Shown here in pieces: positions 16,074 to 26,300 of a stretch of DNA of 31,296 nt. A program made the translations under genes and the position numbers. Each line of letters starts with the position of its first letter. Position 1 is the stretch's first letter. The DNA lies in IMG/VR virus record IMGVR_UViG_3300044448_000268, positions 1 to 31,296 of that record, one strand, 5' to 3'. Source of the DNA: a virus (lineage: Duplodnaviria > Caudoviricetes). The notes below the pieces were generated by a model. It did not search any database, had not been told where the DNA came from, and saw nothing but the letters and a program-made list of their open reading frames with translations.

Positions 16074-16208
16074 TTAATTCCCGCCTGAATTTCGCGGTTT
16101 TTTGTAATTGTCTGCACCTTTATTTTTAGATGTTTTTGATTTTGCATGGACACCCTTTCGTTTTTTTTGTTTGTTTGCTCTAAATATAAACGTTGCACGT
16201 TTTGCCAT
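16074..16208 (-). CDS. Small very basic 44-aa ORF not in track
   Basis: MAKRATFIFRANKQKKRKGVHAKSKTSKNKGADNYKKPRNSGGN; TAATG coupling to the upstream gene. Confidence 0.7.
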   Translation of the reverse strand: MAKRATFIFRANKQKKRKGVHAKSKTSKNKGADNYKKPRNSGGN

Positions 16209-16399
16209 TATGATTTATTTTTATCATTCCACGTCTTTACTTCTTTTGCAATTTTTATTGACGTCCAAATTATTGCCGTTGCATATGAAATAATTTTCAA
16301 CCCAATTTCCACCTCTGTCATACTTAATCCAATTGCACCTACATTTAACATTATTGTCATTGGACATATTCGTTCTGTTATTCCATACATTTTAAACAT
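16208..16399 (-). CDS. Small membrane protein (holin/antiholin-like)
   Basis: 63 aa with two hydrophobic segments, upstream of the endolysin. Confidence 0.5.
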   Translation of the reverse strand: MFKMYGITERICPMTIMLNVGAIGLSMTEVEIGLKIISYATAIIWTSIKIAKEVKTWNDKNKS

Positions 16400-16403
16400 T
16401 TTT

Positions 16404-17153
16404 TTATGGTGTTATTACTTTATTTAATAAATAATTACAGTTTAAATTAAAATTACATTCCTCACCCTCCAACACATATGCCGTTATTAATAAAACATCA
16501 TTTGTTTGAATTGTTGATGTAAACCCCTCACATGTTAAAAATTCGTTAATATTCCAACACAAAGGTGTTGTGTTTCCTGTTAATGCTAATGTTGTCGTTG
16601 CCTTTCTGCAAACATTTAGTGTTGCGGGATATTCCTCTGATGGAACGGGACATTGAAAATGAACATGTAACAATGATAATTGAATTGTGCCACCTGTTCC
16701 AAAAATCCAACCAACCCATGACCTCAAATTGTAATCGTCCTGTGGACTAACCCACACGGATGTTGACACCATGTTTTTTGGTGTTATTGTTGTAATTGCG
16801 GGTGACCCTAAATTTACTGTGAATTTGTGTTCACTGTTGTATTGTGCATTTGACAAACCCCATTCGGTTCCTGTTGCAATTGAACCATAACCCTCAATGT
16901 TTTGTGATAACTCAACAGTGTTTGTGTCGGGTGAATAAATTGGAATATTTAAAACACCCGTTCCACTTAATGTTGACGCACCTGATGTTCCTGTTGTTGT
17001 TAATGATGTGACTAAACCACCACCACCTGTGTCCGCAACCCATTCCAAATTTCCTGACGCATTTTTTGTTAACTTTGTTGAATTTGCTGCACCCGCAAAA
17101 TCTTTGGGTTCATGTATTTGGTCGTTTGGTAAATCTTTGTGTAAATTACTCAT
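16404..17153 (-). CDS. Putative fibre/spike-type virion protein
   Basis: HKDLPNDQIHEPKD N-terminus, GGGG hinge, SLTTTGTSGASTLSGTGVLNIP fibre-like segment, beta-rich C-domain. Confidence 0.5.
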   Translation of the reverse strand: MSNLHKDLPNDQIHEPKDFAGAANSTKLTKNASGNLEWVADTGGGGLVTSLTTTGTSGASTLSGTGVLNIPIYSPDTNTVELSQNIEGYGSIATGTEWGLSNAQYNSEHKFTVNLGSPAITTITPKNMVSTSVWVSPQDDYNLRSWVGWIFGTGGTIQLSLLHVHFQCPVPSEEYPATLNVCRKATTTLALTGNTTPLCWNINEFLTCEGFTSTIQTNDVLLITAYVLEGEECNFNLNCNYLLNKVITP

Positions 17154-17159
17154 TGTCTT

Positions 17160-17345
17160 TTATTTTTTTGTTGTTTTAAATGTTGCACAATTATTTTTTG
17201 GTTTTTTATCTCTGTCCCATTGTGAATTGCAAACCGCAATTCTCTGTGCTACGTTGGGAAATTCCTCCTTTGCTGTTAAATCAACAATGCACCGACTGAT
17301 AAATTCAGATTTTTTTTCGTCAATTTTTGGTGTTGGTAACGGCAT
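17160..17345 (-). CDS. Small head-module protein
   Basis: MPLPTPK..EKKSEFISRC...QRIAVC pattern; TAATATG coupling. Confidence 0.55.
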   Translation of the reverse strand: MPLPTPKIDEKKSEFISRCIVDLTAKEEFPNVAQRIAVCNSQWDRDKKPKNNCATFKTTKK

Positions 17346-17346
17346 A

Positions 17347-17877
17347 TTAATATATTATCATTCCATGTGTCTTTATTGTCCCTGAACTTGAATTGCATAA
17401 ACCACTGCTCTGATTTTTAAATTCAGGAAATTCGTCCACATTTTTATTTAAAAATTTTTCCATTTGTTCTTTTAACACTTTGCCTTTACGGTATGTGTCC
17501 TGTTTGTAAACGTTTAAATCTGACGCATTGACTAAACTTGCAAATTCGGGAATGTTCCCGACAATACCACTTGACGTGCTTTGATTTTGTATTTCCAATA
17601 TTAACTCAAATTTTGTAAATTGTGCCAATGTTGGTTTAATCCAATCGTCCATCAAAACAATTTCCTCTGCGGTTTCTGTTCCATTTTGAAATGCGTCTTT
17701 TAAATGCACAAAAAAATCAAATCCCAATGGCTCAATAATGTGTGCAATTTCTGCCACTCTTAAAATTTCATTTGTAATTAATGATGTGTCTGTATTTTGG
17801 TTGGTAAACACTTTTGCAATAACCTCTGTTGCGGTCATAAACGGTGCGTCTGCCATGTAGTTATTTTGTATTGCCAT
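17347..17877 (-). CDS. Putative head-tail adaptor
   Basis: 176 aa, helical (IIEPLG...WIKPTLA), directly after the portal. Confidence 0.55.
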   Translation of the reverse strand: MAIQNNYMADAPFMTATEVIAKVFTNQNTDTSLITNEILRVAEIAHIIEPLGFDFFVHLKDAFQNGTETAEEIVLMDDWIKPTLAQFTKFELILEIQNQSTSSGIVGNIPEFASLVNASDLNVYKQDTYRKGKVLKEQMEKFLNKNVDEFPEFKNQSSGLCNSSSGTIKTHGMIIY

Positions 17878-19121
17878 TATTTATTTGTTTTCGCTGTTAA
17901 TATAATATCACCACCCTCATCCAATGGGTCAAAACCTAACATCACACGTTGTTCATTTAATGTTAAAATTGATGACGCTTGAATGTCTGCCAAATAACTA
18001 ATTGGTGGTTCATAAACAATTTCCAAATCGTCTGCATTAAACGGCATGAACTCATTTATTAACATTCTTATTTTTGACAAAATAATTCCCTCAACATCTT
18101 TGATAATTGTTCCCATCACCATTTCCCACGCAACACGTATTTCATTTCCTGTGTTGTTTAATTTGCTGACCGACATAATCCCTGACATTGCGGGTTGCCA
18201 CCTGTGTGCTGTAATAATATTTTGTGATGTTAATTTTTGTAAATCCATAAATGAACCGTCTGCGGTGTCATTTAACATTGTGATGTTTGCGGGTTTACTG
18301 TCACCGTTTTTTACTAAAAATAAAATCTTTGAATTGTTGCCCTGACCCGTCCATTTTTGTTGTGCCTCTTTCACCAATTCCTCTGCCTCATCCTGTCCCA
18401 TGTCACCATTAATCTCAACAATTGCTGATGGCATAAAATTCTGTTCCAATTTTGTGTTGTTGTATTGCTGCAAAAGATGGTCAATATTTAACCAACGCAA
18501 TGCGGAAACAAAATCAGGCAAACCATAATAATTAAACGTTGGTTCATAATCTTTGAAATGCATAATTGACCTGTTGTTTTCAAAGTTTGGAAACATTGGA
18601 ATTATCACTTGGTCTTTTTTTGATGACGTGTAATTTGTCCAATCAGGATGGATGTAAACGTGTTCATGGTTTTTTGAAATCCTGCATTTTGTTGCGTCTA
18701 TGTGATACAAATTAATACCACCTTTGTGTTTCACAATTTCCAAATAAGAATTTCCAAACGTGTAATAATCAAACATTAAACGTCCATAAATATCACGTAA
18801 ACTTTCACCCGTGTTTACGTCATCCACAAACCTCATTAACCTTTCGTCCTCTGCTTGAAATTCTTTACCAACCGACAATATTTTTTTCTGACCCAATATT
18901 GCTCTGTGTGTTGGTGATTTTCGTGTTATTTCCGCCAAAAATTCAGGAAACAAATTGTTTGCACCAAATGGAACGTATGGTTCATTTGAAACATTGTTGG
19001 ATGTAATTTCGTCAATACTAGACGGGACAGATAAGTTTAAAACATCAAATTTGGTAAAACCAATTTTGGACGCTGCGTCTTTAATCTGTTGTGCCGTCTG
19101 TTTTCTTTGCTTTGCTTTCAT
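17877..19121 (-). CDS. Portal protein
   Basis: YVPFGANNLFP, SPTHRAI, FGNSYLEI, YYGLPD, NFMPS, IITAHR motifs; 414 aa. Confidence 0.85.
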   Translation of the reverse strand: MKAKQRKQTAQQIKDAASKIGFTKFDVLNLSVPSSIDEITSNNVSNEPYVPFGANNLFPEFLAEITRKSPTHRAILGQKKILSVGKEFQAEDERLMRFVDDVNTGESLRDIYGRLMFDYYTFGNSYLEIVKHKGGINLYHIDATKCRISKNHEHVYIHPDWTNYTSSKKDQVIIPMFPNFENNRSIMHFKDYEPTFNYYGLPDFVSALRWLNIDHLLQQYNNTKLEQNFMPSAIVEINGDMGQDEAEELVKEAQQKWTGQGNNSKILFLVKNGDSKPANITMLNDTADGSFMDLQKLTSQNIITAHRWQPAMSGIMSVSKLNNTGNEIRVAWEMVMGTIIKDVEGIILSKIRMLINEFMPFNADDLEIVYEPPISYLADIQASSILTLNEQRVMLGFDPLDEGGDIILTAKTNK

Positions 19122-19293
19122 TCGTTTTTACCTTTTTTGGTTTATCATTTACCTCCACAACTAACTCACAACCTTTGTCATACAACTTTTTTAATGTTTG
19201 TTGTGTAATTCCACGTGTTTCATATTTTCTTAATGGTAAACCCCAACGAAATGATTTTGAACCTGCAATTGCTTTTTTTAATTTATATGCCAT
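19081..19293 (-). CDS. Hypothetical small basic protein
   Basis: 70 aa after an internal promoter box; overlaps the portal start. Confidence 0.6.
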   Translation of the reverse strand: MAYKLKKAIAGSKSFRWGLPLRKYETRGITQQTLKKLYDKGCELVVEVNDKPKKVKTNESKAKKTDGTTD

Positions 19294-19309
19294 TGTGATA
19301 ATTTTTTTT

Positions 19310-19317
19310 CAAATATA
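19310..19317 (-). promoter_or_regulatory. Bacteroidota -7 promoter box
   Basis: TATATTTG 16 nt upstream of ATG 19293, just downstream of a terminator. Confidence 0.55.
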
Positions 19318-19327
19318 CTTTTTAAAT

Positions 19328-19366
19328 TAAACAAAAATTGGTGATAATCCGAAAACTATCACCAAT
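19328..19366 (-). terminator. Intrinsic terminator after capsid/major tail genes
   Basis: 10-bp stem ATTGGTGATA/TATCACCAAT (19337-19366) followed by TTTTGTTT. Confidence 0.8.
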
Positions 19367-19419
19367 CAATTGTTAAATACCGAACAACTGTCAATCAATC
19401 AACGATATTCAGTGAACTA

Positions 19420-19974
19420 TTATACAGGTATTGACGCCTGTGTTCCTGAATATTCTCTTGGGTATTCTCCCTGTTGACACGTTAATGTAATTGCTGTCCC
19501 GTTTGCTGTTTGTAATCCTGTTCCTGTTCCCTGCTCACCTGATGTAAACTCCATGTATGCTGTTTCCTCAAATATTTCGTCCCATCCTAAAACAAACATG
19601 TATGTTACTGCTGGGTCTGCACAATCGTCTGCATATGTTTCAATAATTGCTGTGATACCACATGACGTTGCCAACATCATTAAATCCTCATTTACAACTC
19701 CTGTAATTTTTGGAATATAAAACTCCAAAGAAACCTCCATTAATGTTGAACCGTTTTCACGTGTTGCACTTGATGTGAAACCTGCCGAACCTCTTTCAAA
19801 TTCCCAAACATAAAATAACGCACCACCCGTCATTGTCACCGCACTGTAATCATGTGCCGAACCAACTGTGAATGAAGCAATGTCATCTGTATTTGTCAAC
19901 CATATTTTTTTAATACCACCACGTCTGTTCCTGTCGCAACAAATAACGTCATGTCCTCTTGTAATTCCTGCCAT
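19420..19974 (-). CDS. Major tail (tube) protein
   Basis: 184 aa, GGIKKIW motif, beta-rich, GTGLQTANGTAITLT segment; co-transcribed with the capsid gene before a terminator. Confidence 0.7.
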   Translation of the reverse strand: MAGITRGHDVICCDRNRRGGIKKIWLTNTDDIASFTVGSAHDYSAVTMTGGALFYVWEFERGSAGFTSSATRENGSTLMEVSLEFYIPKITGVVNEDLMMLATSCGITAIIETYADDCADPAVTYMFVLGWDEIFEETAYMEFTSGEQGTGTGLQTANGTAITLTCQQGEYPREYSGTQASIPV

Positions 19975-20005
19975 TTTATTTTATTTTTTTATGGTTAATA
20001 ATTTA

Positions 20006-20974
20006 TTAATATCCGATTTGCACCGTGCTGTCATATAAGAAATTCACGCCCATTTTGAAATAACTTCTCACATAAACTTTTTCAGTTAAATCATCATAAA
20101 ACATTTTCATTTCACCCTGTGGGTCGTTTGTGTCTGTTCCAACCACTAGGTTTTTTAACGCTGTGTAACATGCCATGATATCGTCAGTTAACGATAATGT
20201 TGCTGCCGCCTCATCCCATGTGTGCATTGGCACAACTTCAATTCCTCTGAATGTTACATTCCCACCTGCTTTCAATGCTGTGTATGCTGCGTCTGAACTC
20301 ACACCCTCAATTGACGTTAAATAATCGTTGTAAATTGTTGGTGAAACAAAAAATTTCTTTTCGTTTGTTGGCACACCCTGTAATGCTGCGGGTGCGTCTG
20401 CATACATTGCACGTAATGCAATAATTCCATCACCTGCCGTCCATGCACCTGAATTTGCAATTGCTGTTTTGTTACCATCAACCGTTGCGTCTGCTTTTAA
20501 TAGTTTCCACCAACCGTCTAAACTTGAATAACAATCTGACCCTGCTGTTGTGTCACCGTGCCATGCTAATTTAGTAACGTCATTTCCAATTGACTGTCTT
20601 ACATTTGCCAATATGTTGTCCATTAACGCTGTTCCTGATAAATCAAAAACGTTAATTCCATTTTTAAAACTTTCCTCAATATACGTTCCAAAAAACGCGT
20701 CTTGACATTCTGAAACTGCCACTCTTAACCTCCCTGCTGTAATTACTTTGTCAGTAACCGCATATGTTCCACTTTCGTCATCACCACATCCTGTGTATTT
20801 TTTTACAATACATGATAATGCGTCTGCTGTGTAAAGGTTCATTGTGTGTTTTACATTTGGAATTACCCTAAATTGGAAAATGTCACTATCTCTAAAGATA
20901 GGTTCCAAAAATAATTCCGAAAAATTTGCACCTGAATAGGTTGCATTGATACCGCTTGTTGCTACATTTCCCAT
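20006..20974 (-). CDS. Major capsid protein
   Basis: 322 aa after protease/scaffold; AWHGD, DGWWKLL, FRGIEVVP, NLVVGTD HK97-fold-like pattern. Confidence 0.8.
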   Translation of the reverse strand: MGNVATSGINATYSGANFSELFLEPIFRDSDIFQFRVIPNVKHTMNLYTADALSCIVKKYTGCGDDESGTYAVTDKVITAGRLRVAVSECQDAFFGTYIEESFKNGINVFDLSGTALMDNILANVRQSIGNDVTKLAWHGDTTAGSDCYSSLDGWWKLLKADATVDGNKTAIANSGAWTAGDGIIALRAMYADAPAALQGVPTNEKKFFVSPTIYNDYLTSIEGVSSDAAYTALKAGGNVTFRGIEVVPMHTWDEAAATLSLTDDIMACYTALKNLVVGTDTNDPQGEMKMFYDDLTEKVYVRSYFKMGVNFLYDSTVQIGY

Positions 20975-21016
20975 TTTCTTTTAATTTTTGTTTGTTATTA
21001 TTATTTATTTATTTGC

Positions 21017-22090
21017 TTACACTCTTTTTTTCATTCCATCTGCAATTGCATTAAAAAATGCTGCATTTGGGTCAACGTCTTTTACGTCTTTCACAATTGA
21101 TGGCTCAACATCATTTGAAACGTTTGTTCCTTTTGCTTTTAACTTTGAAATTTCATTTGTTAAATTTTCAACCTCATTGTTTGCCGTTTCTAATTGTTGT
21201 GTTTTGTCAACAACTTCGTCCTCTGCCATTCCCATTCTTTCCTCAATGTCATGAATTGCGTTTTCTAAATTGTCAACTCTGTCTTTTAATTCCTCATAAG
21301 TTTCTGCCCAATCCGCTTTCTCTGCTGCACTTTCGTCCTCATCACCCTCATGTCCTTCCTCATGGTCGTTTTTGATAACTGTGTTTGAAATTAAAGATTT
21401 GATTTTTGATAATAACGTTTCGTCATTTTTAGTTTCGTTTGAAACCTCTGCATTTTCTTTTGCCATTTTTTCTGATTTTTGTGTTTTATTAAATACTGAA
21501 TTTATTTGCTCTGATGTTATGTTTGTAAAGTTTGAAATATCATAATTGTTTTCAACCTGCACTGCTTTTGTTATTGAATTTGCAAAACCACTGTCAATTG
21601 TTTCTGTTGCATTAAACCATGTTTCTGCATTCATTAAACCAACCAATGTTTCAACATCCTGTTCTGACTTCTTTGAATATATCCCTGCAATTTCCTCACG
21701 TATTTTGTCCAATACGTCTGCGGTTTTTCTTAATTCATTTGCGTCACCACCTGCCATTGTAAACGGGTTGTGTATCATAAACAATGAATTTTCGGCCATT
21801 TCAATTTCGTCACCTGCCATTGCAATAACTGACGCAATTGACGCTGCAATTCCCTGAACCTTTGTTGTAACTTTGTGTTTGTGATTTTTTAAGGCATTGT
21901 AAATTGCCAATCCATCAAACACTGAACCACCTAATGAATTAATATAAATGTTCAATGGTTTGTCTTTGACTTCTTGTATTGCCTCAATAAAAGATTTGGC
22001 GTTTACATCATAACCACCAATTTCTGAATAAATAAAAATGTCGGCACTTTTATTGTCACCCTCATTTTTAATGTCATACCAATTTTGCAT
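21017..22090 (-). CDS. Clp-type prohead protease with C-terminal scaffold
   Basis: INSLGGSVFDG, GIAASIAS (Ser), FMIHNP (His), AETWF; acidic coiled-coil C-terminus. Confidence 0.92.
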   Translation of the reverse strand: MQNWYDIKNEGDNKSADIFIYSEIGGYDVNAKSFIEAIQEVKDKPLNIYINSLGGSVFDGLAIYNALKNHKHKVTTKVQGIAASIASVIAMAGDEIEMAENSLFMIHNPFTMAGGDANELRKTADVLDKIREEIAGIYSKKSEQDVETLVGLMNAETWFNATETIDSGFANSITKAVQVENNYDISNFTNITSEQINSVFNKTQKSEKMAKENAEVSNETKNDETLLSKIKSLISNTVIKNDHEEGHEGDEDESAAEKADWAETYEELKDRVDNLENAIHDIEERMGMAEDEVVDKTQQLETANNEVENLTNEISKLKAKGTNVSNDVEPSIVKDVKDVDPNAAFFNAIADGMKKRV

Positions 22091-22094
22091 TTGG

Positions 22095-22102
22095 CAAAAA
22101 TA
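22095..22102 (-). promoter_or_regulatory. -7 box 4 nt upstream of the protease ATG
   Basis: TATTTTTG-CCAA-ATG. Confidence 0.55.
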
Positions 22103-22142
22103 CGACAGACATGTTTTTTAATTACGAAAAATTGGGAATTTT

Positions 22143-22511
22143 CTAAACTTTCTGTTTTGTTCTTACTTTGTATTTAACGTCTGTGTCACTTTGATATTTA
22201 ATGTTGTGACTGTGGTGAAATTTTTTACGGTATTTATACACAATCCCCTGAACTTGTCGGTCTGACAATTCATATTTAATTGACAAATCCATAAATGTGT
22301 GTGTGCAATGACCTTTGTTTTCAACCAACATTTTGTCAAAATCTTTTATTATCATATAATTTCTGACACGTGTCGGTTCGCACAATCCTTTTTCTATCAT
22401 ATGAAACACAACATCTTTTGGTGTTGCAAACTCACCAAACCGTGTTTGAATTTCAACCCAAACCAATTCAATAAATTCATTGACGTGAATTATGTTGTTG
22501 GGTTTTGCCAT
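22143..22511 (-). CDS. Mor/C-like HTH transcription regulator
   Basis: RVRNYMIIKDF...DLSIKYELSDRQVQGIVYK resembles the Mu Mor/C C-terminal HTH; upstream of the head operon. Confidence 0.55.
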   Translation of the reverse strand: MAKPNNIIHVNEFIELVWVEIQTRFGEFATPKDVVFHMIEKGLCEPTRVRNYMIIKDFDKMLVENKGHCTHTFMDLSIKYELSDRQVQGIVYKYRKKFHHSHNIKYQSDTDVKYKVRTKQKV

Positions 22512-22804
22512 TCACGTTGAATTTTAAACATTGTGTCAATCATTTTTTTCGCACAACCACCACATCCAAAAATATTGTCAGGAACTTCGGGGTCAACATG
22601 TTTTCTGAAAAATACTAATAATTGACGTGCATGTTCCCGTTGATATGACAAACGTCCTCTCGCGTCACGCCTCATTTGTGACAATAGAATGTCAACTTCA
22701 TTTCTGTCCTCAATTGAAAAACGTTCTGATAATCTTTTTTCGTGCATATTGTTTGTTGTTTCTTTTGCAAATTTAATTTCAAATTTTGGAATTGGTATGG
22801 CCAT
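22490..22804 (-). CDS. Hypothetical protein with CxxC (CGGC)
   Basis: 104 aa. Confidence 0.65.
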   Translation of the reverse strand: MAIPIPKFEIKFAKETTNNMHEKRLSERFSIEDRNEVDILLSQMRRDARGRLSYQREHARQLLVFFRKHVDPEVPDNIFGCGGCAKKMIDTMFKIQREWQNPTT

Positions 22805-22845
22805 GAAAAATATTTTTTTAACAATTAAAAGTTAATTGCATTTAT

Positions 22846-23034
22846 TTACCATTTATCAATTGGACATTTCCCACCCCAACACGCGTCCATTTTTGTTTTC
22901 GCTTTTAAATTACATTTACATATATCACAACTCTGTGCATTAAACAACCACAACCAACGTCCTTTCATATGTTTGCAATCTCTGCAAATGTTTAATCTTT
23001 GACGTTGTGTTTCTTTGTTAACGGTAACTTTCAT
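22846..23034 (-). CDS. Cys-rich putative Zn-binding protein
   Basis: RLNICRDC...CDICKC...KAKT...CPIDKW. Confidence 0.7.
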   Translation of the reverse strand: MKVTVNKETQRQRLNICRDCKHMKGRWLWLFNAQSCDICKCNLKAKTKMDACWGGKCPIDKW

Positions 23035-23244
23035 TTATTGTTTTTTAATAAACTCCAAAATAATATCAATTTTTCTTTTAATCTCATTCATGTTGTCGGC
23101 TGCCCTTTCATGATGACGTGAAAATTGGTTTTTCACTTCATACAACGAAAATACTAAAAATCTATAAAGTGCATACAACGCACCCAATAATAAAACCAAC
23201 GGTAAACCGTAACCCTCAATCAATTCAAATAATTCCTGTGACAT
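23035..23244 (-). CDS. Small single-TM protein
   Basis: 69 aa, YGLPLVLLLGALYALYRFLVF helix then coiled coil. Confidence 0.65.
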   Translation of the reverse strand: MSQELFELIEGYGLPLVLLLGALYALYRFLVFSLYEVKNQFSRHHERAADNMNEIKRKIDIILEFIKKQ

Positions 23245-23245
23245 T

Positions 23246-23341
23246 TTATTTCTTTTTTACACAACAATTATCACCACAAATGTTTAAACAAATTGTTCCT
23301 AATGAAACAAAACACAATAATTTACAAATAATTTTTTTCAT
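23246..23341 (-). CDS. 31-aa six-Cys peptide not in track
   Basis: MKKIICKLLCFVSLGTICLNICGDNCCVKKK; fills the gap after the tape measure gene, TAAAATG junction with the next gene. Confidence 0.6.
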   Translation of the reverse strand: MKKIICKLLCFVSLGTICLNICGDNCCVKKK

Positions 23342-23363
23342 AATTTAATCTTTTTTTTAATTT

Positions 23364-26300
23364 TTAAAATGTTGCCTGTGCCTCAATATTTTGGACACTC
23401 TGTTGACTGTCGGTCACATCCGCCTCAACTAATACGACCTGTTGTTGTTCCTGTGATGTTAATGCATTTGCCATTGCCAATGATTGGTCTTGTAAAATAT
23501 CTGTTGCAAAGGTCATCCCACCGTCTGCAAACTTTTTTCCGCCACCTGCCTCATTCATTGCACTCAATTGTGGTCTGAACATTGCGGTTGACCTTTTATT
23601 AATAACGGCCTCACCACCCTCCAATTCAACCACACGTCCTCCAACCTTAAATTTCTCACCTCCCTGTGCATGTGAACGTCCATGAACCATCCCACCGTCT
23701 GCAAATGTTTCACCCTCAATTCCTCCAAACTCTGCGGTTGGTGGTGGTGCTGCATTAATTGTTGCAATTTGCACACCTGTCATTGCAATCATACCTGCGG
23801 TCAAAATACTTTTAATAATTGCGTCTGCAATTGCATTTCCTGTTGCTGTTGATGACCAAATTTGCATGATGGCCATTGCACCCGCCATAATTGCCTGTGA
23901 CCTTTGGAACTTTTTATTTTTTTCAAACTGTTCAATTTTTAGTGCCAACATTTTGTCATCATGCTTTTTTTCAATTGCCTCAATTGCTTTGGCTTGGTCT
24001 TCGGATGACATCATTTTGTATTCTGTTGTTTTCTTAAATTCCTCAACCTCTTTTGTCTTTGCCTCTGTCATTGTTTGCAACTGTGCATTGGTTTGTTCAT
24101 TCTGCAATGCATTAAACCCTGCCATAATATCCATTGCCATTCCAATTGTGTTGCTCAACGCATTAACAAAATCGGCACCTGTGAATGCTGTTCCCTCTGC
24201 GTCCTCACCACCTGTTCCAAATAATGCCCTGTTCATAAAACCTGCGGGTGCGGTTTCTGAGTTTTCCTCATTTAAGGTTGCCAATTTGTTATTTAAACCT
24301 GCAATTTCGTTTTTTACTCGGTTAATATTTGCGGCCTGTGTTTCCGCACTTTCGTTTGACATATTGATTTGCATTAAATATAATTGCAACTGTGCCTCTG
24401 CAACATCCAATGCCTGTTGAATTTGCTCTTTTGCTAAATCCGCACCTGCCTTTTGTAATTTTTCAATGTTTTTTAATTCTTGTTTTTCTAACTCAATTGT
24501 TTTTTCTTGCTTTGCAATTTTTTCAATAATTCCCGCATTGTTGTTTTGCAATTTTTTATCATTATCGGCCAATTGTTTTGTCACCTTATTGTCAACATCT
24601 GCCAAATTCTTTTTTGCTGTCTTTAATTTCTCATTAATTGCGGTGGTATCTTTACCTGTTGCAATTGCATTTCTCAATTGTTGTTCATATTTAGACACCT
24701 CATCTTTCAATTTTGTGTATGCGTCGCGGTCATCTTTTTTCTTGCGGGTGTTTTCCTCAAGATTTAAACCCATACGTTCAATTGTTTCATTGGCTTTTTT
24801 CATTATTTCAGTTTGTTGACCCTGCAATTCTGTTATTTGTCCCGTCAATACACTCTGTGTTCCTAAATTTCCATTTACCGTGTTGATGGCGTCATTATGG
24901 TCGTTGGTTGCCTCATCATATTTGTCCGCACTCCATTGATAACCACGCACCATGCTGCCCATTTCGTCCTCTAAAAATTCAAATGCATTTGCATTCTCCT
25001 CCATTAATCCTGTGTTCTCATTCATGACCTTACCCAAAATAATTCCCTCTTTTGTCACTTCATTTGTAATGCCTTTCAATTTTAAACGCATTTTTGCCTC
25101 CTCAACTTTACTTGCCAATAATTCGTCCTGCAATCTCAATTCCTCTTTTATTAACTCTGCAACCTGTGCCTCTGACGCTTGTAAAATTATTTTTTTCTTT
25201 ATTGCACCAACCGCGTCCTCATATGCTCTCTCCAATTCTTTTGCCAACTTTTTTTCGTCATTCAGATTTGTTATGGTGACGGGTGTGATGGCGTTTAAAT
25301 CTTTAATTGCTTTTGTTCGTTCCTCACGTGATTTGTTTTCATTTCCAATAACTGAAATCAATTGTTTTACGTTTGCAATTTCATTAACCTGTTGTTTTTC
25401 TGCGTCCATGTTTATTTTTCCAAACGCCTCACGTTGTGTGTTTACCTCCTTAATTGCCTCTGCACTGTCCTCCGCGTCACTGCTAAATGTTGACCATAAT
25501 GCAACTGCGGCTGCAATTCCTGAAACCAACAGACCAATTGGGTTTGCTTTTACCGCTAGATTAAATGCCCGTTGTGCTATTGTTGCACCTTTTGTTCCTG
25601 TGGTGAATAATTTATTAACGGTGTTGTATGCTGTTGTTGCTTTTGTTGCCAACCATGTTTGTGCGGTTCCTGCAATAATCACCGTTTTGTAACCCACAAA
25701 TGCTGCGGTTGCCGTTAATATTACAGGTGACAATGCTTTTAAAACATTAAACAATACTGTCACACCCTCTAATAACAAACTAATTGCGGGTTCTAAACCC
25801 TCAACCAATTCAATCACCAATCCCTCTGCGGAACTTTTAACCTCATCAATTCGTCCCTTTAAACTGTCACGCATAACATCCGCAAATTTCTTTGTTGTTC
25901 CCTCTGAATTTTTTAATGTTTGATTTAACACCTTAATATCATCCGAACCACTTAACATTGTTGCAAATGCCGCCACACTTCTTTTGTCTGTTATTTCTAA
26001 CATTCCCGCAACATCAATTCCCTTTGCCTCCAATTCTTTTAATGCGGGAACCAACTCATCAACACTTGTAATGTTTCGTCCTAATGACTTTGCCAACGCA
26101 CCTGTTGGGTCTGCTAGTTTTAAAAATATATTTTTCAACGCTGTTGCACTTGTGGACGCCTCCATTCCTGTGTTGGCTAGTGTTCCCAAAATTGTTGTTG
26201 TGTCCTCAAAAGAAAATCCCATTGTTTTTGCAATGGACGCCACTTTTGGCATTGCCACTCCAAATTTTTCCAAATCTAACATTGTGTTTGAAAATGCTGC

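Noticed and set aside
23510-23710. Repeated FADGGM motif in the tape measure C-terminus
   Set aside because: Common feature of tape measure C-termini, not a separate element.
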